Of a DNA stretch of 64,000 bases, positions 57,329 to 64,000 are shown piece by piece. The notes under the pieces were generated by a model that made no database searches, was not told where the DNA came from, and saw only the letters and a program-made list of their open reading frames with translations. The position numbers were made by a program, and so were the translations under genes. This stretch comes from a virus. The stretch's first letter is position 1; each line of letters begins with the position of its first letter. The stretch lies in IMG/VR virus record IMGVR_UViG_3300033146_001239, positions 4,085 through 68,084 of that record. One strand, given 5' to 3'.

Positions 57329-58465
57329 TTGTTGTGTAAGGGGAAGAAAGGTGGCTACAGGTTCCCTCCCAGGAACCTCAATATTTATTGCTAAATCTAC
57401 TCCAGATTCTATTTTATCAATGTGTTCTGAAAAATCTAATGAATCACCAATTCGTAATGAATTAATAAATTCATCAATAACATTAATATCACGGCTACCG
57501 TTGACTTCAACGATTTGTTGCCTAAATCTATGGTTAACAATATTTGGTGCGTCTAAACCTAATATTTCTCGTTCATATTCTATATAAGTATCAATGGTTT
57601 CTAAATCACCAACAGTTAGTAATTTATATTTTATCGTTGTATTTGAACGTTTAAAAGTATATGTTAATAAACCTTCTCTATCTGGTTCGTCACCTAATTT
57701 TTTTGTTTTTAATGTATTTAAATCAAATATTGTATTAATTTCTTCACCAGTGATTGGGTCAGTAATAATAATTGGATATTTTGAACCATAACCAGTTGCT
57801 CGTAACCAAATTAATATAGCATTTCTATCGCCCGAATGTAAATCTTTTAAGTTAATATCTTCATCTAATATTTTACGTTCTAATAAAACATTAATAAATT
57901 CACCACTTTGAATTAAATTTGGTGATGTTAATATATTTTCATCAGATGCATTCAAATAAGCAACTTTAATTGATTTACGTTTATGTGGATATATTTTACC
58001 TTCCGATGGTAAAGGAATTAAATCATATGCTTGTTGACTCACCACTTTTTGTATTGGTCTATAACCGATTGGTGCGTTTTTAATTGAACTATTAACACTT
58101 ACTGGGTCTGGTGCTTGATATACTGTCTTAGGTACGTATTCTTCTTTTGGTTCTTCACGTTTAGTGATATAAGTTTCGGTTTCAGTTTCAGCTAAATCTG
58201 GTCTACGTTCTAACGCTAGAATACGTTCTAATTCATACCTATCCCTCTCATCTAACTCACCTTCTTCTTTAAGTTTTTGTTGGAGATATTTTTTATTTTT
58301 TTGATTTCTTATTTGCTCATTAGTTAATTCTAGCATATCATCATTAGCTTTTTGTTCACCTTCACTTACTGGTGGTTGCTCAAATGTTGGTTCATTAGCA
58401 GCATTTTTATTAGCTTCGTTAATCATTTCTTGTGTTGGAATCACATTCGGTTTTCTATCGCCCAT
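57302..58465 (-). CDS. Tail assembly chaperone / baseplate hub assembly protein (T4 gp26-like)
   Basis: IPLPSEGKIY, AYLNASDENIL, GDRNAILIWLRATGYG, ends FFWP. Lies between the tube and tape measure genes. Confidence 0.75.
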   Translation of the reverse strand: MGDRKPNVIPTQEMINEANKNAANEPTFEQPPVSEGEQKANDDMLELTNEQIRNQKNKKYLQQKLKEEGELDERDRYELERILALERRPDLAETETETYITKREEPKEEYVPKTVYQAPDPVSVNSSIKNAPIGYRPIQKVVSQQAYDLIPLPSEGKIYPHKRKSIKVAYLNASDENILTSPNLIQSGEFINVLLERKILDEDINLKDLHSGDRNAILIWLRATGYGSKYPIIITDPITGEEINTIFDLNTLKTKKLGDEPDREGLLTYTFKRSNTTIKYKLLTVGDLETIDTYIEYEREILGLDAPNIVNHRFRQQIVEVNGSRDINVIDEFINSLRIGDSLDFSEHIDKIESGVDLAINIEVPGREPVATFLPLTQQFFWPNERI

Positions 58466-58573
58466 TTTTAAAACTTTTATATTAATTGTTATTTTTAGTA
58501 ATCTAATAAATAAATACGATAAATAAAGTTTTTCAAAAAAAAAAGAATATTAAACAATATTCTTAAAAACAAA

Positions 58574-58606
58574 ATACCTGGTACAATTTGACCTCGTACC
58601 AGGTAT
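58574..58606 (-). terminator. Stem-loop, probable terminator after the tail tube gene
   Basis: ATACCTGGTAC-N11-GTACCAGGTAT with a T-rich tail on the minus strand. Confidence 0.65.
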
Positions 58607-58637
58607 ATAAAAACATAAATATTTGAATTTTAGTGTT

Positions 58638-59126
58638 TCAGAAGATTAAAATAGCTCTATCGAATCTTAAAGTTGCTTTTATCTCAGCAATACCATCATC
58701 ATCCATTGATAAATCACCAAAATTGACATTGGTTAACATTGTCCCTTGAAGTTGCCATTTTTCAATAACAACACCAGTTGGGTCTAACATTTCTACTTCT
58801 ACATTTTTCTTATAACCAGCAGCATAACCTTGTCTACCAGTTATTGATTCTGAATGCAATCTCACCCACTCCATTATTGCTTGTGATGCTGATGGTCCAA
58901 TTGGGTCCCTCAATCCAACCTCAATAGTACTCCATGTGAATCTACCTATAACCCAAGTTGATGTATTTAAAAATGGTATTTCAACATCTTTTTGTTCGAT
59001 AGATGGTCTACTAGCACTAGCTAACCACCATTCTTGAATCCCTAATTCAGCTGGGAATCTTATTAACCATCGATTTTTTTTCTTTGGTTCGTATGTGATA
59101 GGCATTTTTAATAGTAAGTCTGACAT
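58638..59126 (-). CDS. Tail tube protein (T4 gp19-like)
   Basis: YEPKKKNRW, DPIGPSASQAIMEW, GYKKNVEVEMLDPTGVVIEKW; next to the sheath gene. Confidence 0.9.
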   Translation of the reverse strand: MSDLLLKMPITYEPKKKNRWLIRFPAELGIQEWWLASASRPSIEQKDVEIPFLNTSTWVIGRFTWSTIEVGLRDPIGPSASQAIMEWVRLHSESITGRQGYAAGYKKNVEVEMLDPTGVVIEKWQLQGTMLTNVNFGDLSMDDDGIAEIKATLRFDRAILIF

Positions 59127-59210
59127 ATTAATTGTTTTTTAAAAATTATTATTCCTTTTATAATAAATATCACTGTTTTGAAAAATTACAAAAAAAAATG
59201 TGATAAAAAA

Positions 59211-59240
59211 TAAAAACCATTACAATTGTAATGGTTTTTA
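59211..59240. terminator. Perfect 30-bp palindrome, probable terminator between sheath and tube
   Basis: TAAAAACCATTACAATTGTAATGGTTTTTA. Confidence 0.7.
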
Positions 59241-59260
59241 TATATTATTCTTATAATATT

Positions 59261-62110
59261 TTAAATATCATCGAAACTAGCACCAGTGTTCGTTAGAACG
59301 AAATCAACACAAATATACTCTAAACTTCTAGTTGGTTTGATATAAATTTTACCACAAAGTTCATTTCTATCAATTGATTCTGGTGAATCATCTAATTGAA
59401 CTCTAAAGTCAGTTAAACCTCTTTGAGCTCTTATGTTATTTAAAATTGGGTTAACTAATGTTAAAAATTGATTTCTTACAACATCATCATTTTGTTCAAA
59501 TAATAATCTGATAGCAACCGCAGATACTAATTTTCTAGTCTGTAATAGTAATCTTCTAACATTAATACGGTTAAGAGCTGTATCATTAACTTGAAGTGTT
59601 TTATTACCCCAAATTTTAATACCGTCTGTTGCGTAATATGCTAATGGATTAACTCTACCTTCATAAAGTATATCTCTATTAACCTCAGTTAATTTCTTTC
59701 TTACTTGTATAGCGTTAACATCACCTCTTTGGATACCAGCTACCGCAAACCATGGGAATGCAATATTATCTGTTAATGCTACGTTTCTAACAACATCTCG
59801 TGTAGGTGGAACCCAAACATAAACGTTATTTTCAGCATCATTAATTTGAATCCATGGCCAATAAGTTGCAGTATAATTACTATCGAATTCACCGTCTAAT
59901 CTATCAACAACGTCGTCTTCAGTTAATATAGTACCACTAGAATCAACGTCTGGTGTTGTTGTAATATATAACGAATCACATCTATCTTCCTCAATCATTT
60001 CGATTGTTTCCTCAACTAGATTAGTGTTATCGAATGTATCGATACCAGGTGTAGCAAAAATATTAATATTTACCGCTTCTGGGTTAGCAAATGTTCTAAT
60101 CGCCTCTAAATAAGCATAATAATCAGAAGTTATTCCGTTATCACCATTAGTTAGTGGATAGTTAGAAAAATTACCATTTGTTAAACCTAATGAACCTCTA
60201 GTTCCATTAATTCTGTATGTATCTTCATTTGTTCTTCTGTCTCGGAAAATATCCCATCCATCAAAACCACCGTATGGTGCAAAAGTAAATTTACGTGAAT
60301 AATTTTTTTCGTAATCAGTATTCATTACACCTAATTCTGATTTAAACTCAAGAATACCAGTAACGAATTCAAATGTTGGTGTGAAAGTAGTACCACTATT
60401 ATCGATAATAATATCTACACCATCAATTGTACAATTTCTCGCATCAACGTCCATATGGAACCCTTTTGTGGTACCAGTCCATTGATTAATCGTTGTTGAA
60501 TCTGGTAAACCATTGTAATCAAAGAAATCTTGGTCAATACCTTTAGTATTTGTTAAACCTAAATAAAATTTACGTTTATTATCCCAAAGACCATACGCAG
60601 CTTTATATTCAATATTAGGAGCTTGAACAGTTGTATTTCCATTTTCAGTGAAATCTTTAACAGGTACACCTAAGAAACCAGCTGGGAATGCATCCGCAGT
60701 ATTTGATTCTGGAGCTGCCTCAACTAAAACATATTTAGATTTTGCTGGGAAATTACCATCTGTAGTACCAACTCTTCTACCAATATAGTTAGGTGAAGTT
60801 GGGTTCATATTACATTTAGCAAATTTCTCTAAATATTGTGGTTTAGCATCAGTATCGTAATATTTTCTTATAACTAAATCAAATTCTTTTTCATCTAGTT
60901 TAATATTTTGAATTGAAATTTTAAACTCATGGTTAGCATGGTTACCATCTGAAATTGTCCATAATCTGAATAATCTCATAACTTTATTACCTCTAACCTC
61001 CGAAACAACATAAGGTGTTACAGCTGGCTGGAATTCTTCAAGGTAATCTTTGAATGATGTACCATAATAAATTAGTGTAGTGTTAATACCCCTAACTTTA
61101 TCATCAGTAATCATATCATCAAACATATTAGTAAAGATACTTTCAACATAAACAGCTGTACTATTATCTTTTTCTGTTCTACCAAGAACGTTTGTAATAT
61201 AACTACGTTTTCTTTTATCAAACGATAAAACATATTCAAACGCACCAATAGTTTCAGCTGTACCAGTTAATTTAAAATTACCTAATGGGTCCGTTTCAAC
61301 TGTTGTACCAGTTGATGAGAAACCAATAGTGTCACCACTTAATTCATAATGTAAAATTTCATTTCCATCATAACGACCTCTAGACCTTAATATTGCAACA
61401 ATTTTGTTTTCAACATCACTATATGATGAACCAGAATACCAATTGGTTAATCCAGATGTAGAACCTGTTACACCACCAGAAATCGCACCAACATTTGTTA
61501 CAACTCCGTTATATGACATACCAGTAAAATTATCGGTACCAGGTATTTTATACATAATAATAGTACTAGAAACAGAATCACCAGTTTGAGCTGAACCCAA
61601 AGTCGAAATTGTACCTAAAAAATCACTATTATCATCATCAATCATTTGTTGAATAACAGGGTCAGTACTTGTTATTTGTGAAATAGTACCAGCTGTTGTT
61701 GCTGTATATTCAAATAATGAACCGTATGAATTACCACTAGCAGTTATTCCTTGTGTTGAAACATCCATAGCAGCATCTAATGTTATCCCCCATGCTCTAC
61801 CAGCATCATAACCAGATAAACCTAACACACGTGTTACATAAAGTTGATTACTTTGACTTAGATATGATTTAGCGATATATGGTAGTTCATATTTTTGATA
61901 ACCAGTTGTAACAAATTGTGTTGCATCTAAACCACCAAAAAATGTTCTAAACTCATCAAAATTGCTAATAAATATTGGTTGGAACGCTGGACCTTTAACA
62001 GTTTCACCAGCCAAACCAAGTGTTGTAACACCTATCTGTCTAGTAACAAAAGTTAAGTCAGTTTCTGAAGTGTAAACCCCAGGGCTTACGAATACTTTGT
62101 TTTGAGCCAT
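59261..62110 (-). CDS. Contractile tail sheath protein
   Basis: FVSPGVYTSETD, GETVKGPAF, YTATYWPW, PWFAVAG..RG, IWGNKTL, LNRINVRRLL, LFEQND. Confidence 0.95.
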   Translation of the reverse strand: MAQNKVFVSPGVYTSETDLTFVTRQIGVTTLGLAGETVKGPAFQPIFISNFDEFRTFFGGLDATQFVTTGYQKYELPYIAKSYLSQSNQLYVTRVLGLSGYDAGRAWGITLDAAMDVSTQGITASGNSYGSLFEYTATTAGTISQITSTDPVIQQMIDDDNSDFLGTISTLGSAQTGDSVSSTIIMYKIPGTDNFTGMSYNGVVTNVGAISGGVTGSTSGLTNWYSGSSYSDVENKIVAILRSRGRYDGNEILHYELSGDTIGFSSTGTTVETDPLGNFKLTGTAETIGAFEYVLSFDKRKRSYITNVLGRTEKDNSTAVYVESIFTNMFDDMITDDKVRGINTTLIYYGTSFKDYLEEFQPAVTPYVVSEVRGNKVMRLFRLWTISDGNHANHEFKISIQNIKLDEKEFDLVIRKYYDTDAKPQYLEKFAKCNMNPTSPNYIGRRVGTTDGNFPAKSKYVLVEAAPESNTADAFPAGFLGVPVKDFTENGNTTVQAPNIEYKAAYGLWDNKRKFYLGLTNTKGIDQDFFDYNGLPDSTTINQWTGTTKGFHMDVDARNCTIDGVDIIIDNSGTTFTPTFEFVTGILEFKSELGVMNTDYEKNYSRKFTFAPYGGFDGWDIFRDRRTNEDTYRINGTRGSLGLTNGNFSNYPLTNGDNGITSDYYAYLEAIRTFANPEAVNINIFATPGIDTFDNTNLVEETIEMIEEDRCDSLYITTTPDVDSSGTILTEDDVVDRLDGEFDSNYTATYWPWIQINDAENNVYVWVPPTRDVVRNVALTDNIAFPWFAVAGIQRGDVNAIQVRKKLTEVNRDILYEGRVNPLAYYATDGIKIWGNKTLQVNDTALNRINVRRLLLQTRKLVSAVAIRLLFEQNDDVVRNQFLTLVNPILNNIRAQRGLTDFRVQLDDSPESIDRNELCGKIYIKPTRSLEYICVDFVLTNTGASFDDI

Positions 62111-62209
62111 TCTCTTAATTTTTTTATTCTTATTATTCTTCTTAATAATAAATATAACAGAAAAACCAAAAAACAGTAATTATGTATTAGTATTATCTAA
62201 CTTTTATAA

Positions 62210-62614
62210 TTAAAAATTGTTTATTGTATATTTAACGTCTTTTATAGAATACTTAGATTTCTTTCTTTTCTTGAATTTATACCAAATATTCCACATAATG
62301 CTTACCGCAATATATCTACGTCTAGCTTGTGATTTAGACACACCTTCCCAACGCATTAATTTATAAAATAATTTATTTGAGAATTTACCACCTTTACCAG
62401 TACGCCATAACCAATCATGTATGTAACACGATAAATCTGGGTGGTTAAAATCTTGAACAACTGTACACCCATCAAAATCATTTTTTGGGTCCCAATTATC
62501 ATCAAATGATAAATCAATTAATGGTTTAATATAATCTGGTGAGTTAGATTTATTAAATTGTAAATTTATTAGTTTTTTTAATGTTTTATTTGTATAATTT
62601 TTATATGGTAACAT
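62210..62614 (-). CDS. DUF1353-like protein
   Basis: FDGCTV, CYIHDWLW, NKLFYKLM..EGVS...ARRRY.AV. Confidence 0.65.
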   Translation of the reverse strand: MLPYKNYTNKTLKKLINLQFNKSNSPDYIKPLIDLSFDDNWDPKNDFDGCTVVQDFNHPDLSCYIHDWLWRTGKGGKFSNKLFYKLMRWEGVSKSQARRRYIAVSIMWNIWYKFKKRKKSKYSIKDVKYTINNF

Positions 62615-62679
62615 TATCTTCTGTGTTTTTTTTCTTTTTTTTATTAGGTATTTGAATTATCTGGTATTTCTACATAATA

Positions 62680-63999
62680 TTAACTATTCCCTATTATCAT
62701 ATTATTTGTATGCTGTTGCATTGCCACTGGTTGTGTTATAGCAACAGCAGTACCAGTTTTATTATCAACCATGTTAAAGGTTCCAATGTTCACAAAAACA
62801 CCAGCACTTATGGTTGAATCAAGTTCAACCACTGATGTGATATGTGAAAAATTACATAAAGTACTAGGGTTTGAACTATTTTTGAATTTAATTTCACCAG
62901 TGAAATTTAATGAAGATATTGTTCCACCACTAGAACTAAAACCAAATTCTTGTGTTATACCACCTGTTTGTGTTGAACAATTTATCATTTCAGTTATACC
63001 ATCAGAAAATGTTACTCCAGTATGACCCAAAAATTTACAACCATCATAAACACCTATCATATTTGTTAAACCATCAATTCGACAATCATAAAATAAACCT
63101 AAAGTATTTTGTTGGCCATATATCTTTAAATTTCTAAATCGTGTTGCTAATGTGTTTTGATTATTAATATTAATTTTTCCATTCCTCCAAGAGATAAACT
63201 CCTTACCACTTACATCTTGGTCTAAAGTTAAATCACCAGCAACCATGATAGTTGAAATATTATATTCTTCACAAATATCTATTGCATCAGATAAATTATT
63301 AACTGCTTGTCCCACTGTACCAAATGGATATTTATTTGTTGAAGTTGAACCAGATGTTGAACTTACATCCAGATATACCTTATTATCATAAACTTGTTCT
63401 CTTATTGTTTGAACTGAACCAACAAAACTCACATTTGCATTTGTTGTAACATCAATATTTGTTGTATCAACTACTCCCCGAACAGAGAAATTACCTTCAG
63501 TATTTGAATTATCAAAATTAAATTTACCCGCAATAAATTCAAATGTTGATGTATTTCCACTTGACATTGAATTTATAATTTTAATCCCACCAGAATATGC
63601 CCTACAGCTTACATCAATTTCGTTTGTAGTACCAGAAAAATCTAATATTGGTGAATCTGTTCCAGCAACAGCACTCCTACAATTATTAAATAAAATTGAT
63701 GCATTTGGATTTAAAGTCATTGGTGTAGTATCCATTAATAAACAATTTTGAAAAACCCCATTTAAATTTTGCAAATTAGTCATTCTACAATCATTTAAAA
63801 TTAGTAAACCGTTAACATCTCCAGTCATAGTAAAATCATTAAATATTGCTCCATAACACAATTGATTATTCAAATCAATTGTACCTCCACCCCATTTATT
63901 AAATTCATAACCACTAATATTTTGTGAAACAGTTAGACCATTTCTAACATTTATTATTTTTGTTGAATAGTTATTAGCAATAGTAATTGCATCAGCTAA
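62680..63999 (-). CDS. Large beta-rich virion protein with a tandemly duplicated domain (3' part; continues off the window end)
   Basis: The frame is open past 63873 to the window edge (LADAITIANNYSTKIINVRNGLTVSQNISGYEFNKWGGGTIDLNNQ). This repeats the internal segment LSDAIDICEEYNISTIMVAGDLTLDQDVSGKEFISWRNGKININNQ. Confidence 0.7.
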   Translation of the reverse strand, partial: LADAITIANNYSTKIINVRNGLTVSQNISGYEFNKWGGGTIDLNNQLCYGAIFNDFTMTGDVNGLLILNDCRMTNLQNLNGVFQNCLLMDTTPMTLNPNASILFNNCRSAVAGTDSPILDFSGTTNEIDVSCRAYSGGIKIINSMSSGNTSTFEFIAGKFNFDNSNTEGNFSVRGVVDTTNIDVTTNANVSFVGSVQTIREQVYDNKVYLDVSSTSGSTSTNKYPFGTVGQAVNNLSDAIDICEEYNISTIMVAGDLTLDQDVSGKEFISWRNGKININNQNTLATRFRNLKIYGQQNTLGLFYDCRIDGLTNMIGVYDGCKFLGHTGVTFSDGITEMINCSTQTGGITQEFGFSSSGGTISSLNFTGEIKFKNSSNPSTLCNFSHITSVVELDSTISAGVFVNIGTFNMVDNKTGTAVAITQPVAMQQHTNNMIIGNS

Positions 64000-64000
64000 A

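Noticed and set aside
596-63137. Short antisense or nested ORFs in the track (e.g. 596, 1897, 8842, 11722, 14979, 25456, 26392, 28937, 37030, 48723, 54939, 62771)
   Set aside because: They are shadows of long, motif-bearing genes, with biased composition and no recognisable domains.
1-64000. Alternative genetic code (TAG or TGA recoding, as in some large phages)
   Set aside because: Long ORFs are intact in the standard code, and TAG (226, 14798, 37733) and TGA (7557, 58638) act as normal stops at sensible gene ends.
1-64000. tRNA or rRNA genes
   Set aside because: Intergenic gaps are short and AT-rich, and I saw no cloverleaf or T-loop signatures by eye.

Overview
This window is a 64-kb segment of a large, very AT-rich myovirus (jumbo-phage-like) genome in the standard genetic code, with almost all genes on the minus strand. 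The host is probably a Bacteroidetes, judged from TTG-N20-TAnnTTTG promoters, SprB-type repeats and a Bacteroidetes-like RpoD-family sigma gene. It holds replication and recombination genes (sigma factor, SbcCD/gp46-47, PD-(D/E)XK nuclease, primase, RuvC-like resolvase, class II RNR, DnaB/gp41 helicase, 5'-3' exonuclease, RecA/UvsX, gp32-like SSB). These are interleaved with contractile-tail and baseplate genes (sheath, tube, chaperone, tape measure, OmpA-like and M23-bearing proteins, gp25, gp6-like wedge) and an amidase endolysin. The main finding is a fractured SbcC/Rad50 gene, broken inside its Walker A motif by an atypically split intein (29-aa IntN, 126-aa IntC, Cys1 ... His-Asn/Thr+1). 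A free-standing Vsr/DUF559-like endonuclease gene sits between the two halves, so the ATPase would have to be assembled by protein trans-splicing. Other observations: an 11-nt repeat array in the SSB leader, a probable +1/-2 frameshift in the tail chaperone gene, two promoter classes, GNAT-like proteins with possible capsid-targeting leaders, a pervasive [S/T]-G-x-[T/S] motif in virion proteins, a collapsed endonuclease remnant and a frameshifted 5'-3' exonuclease. All family assignments come from reading motifs by eye; no database searches were run.
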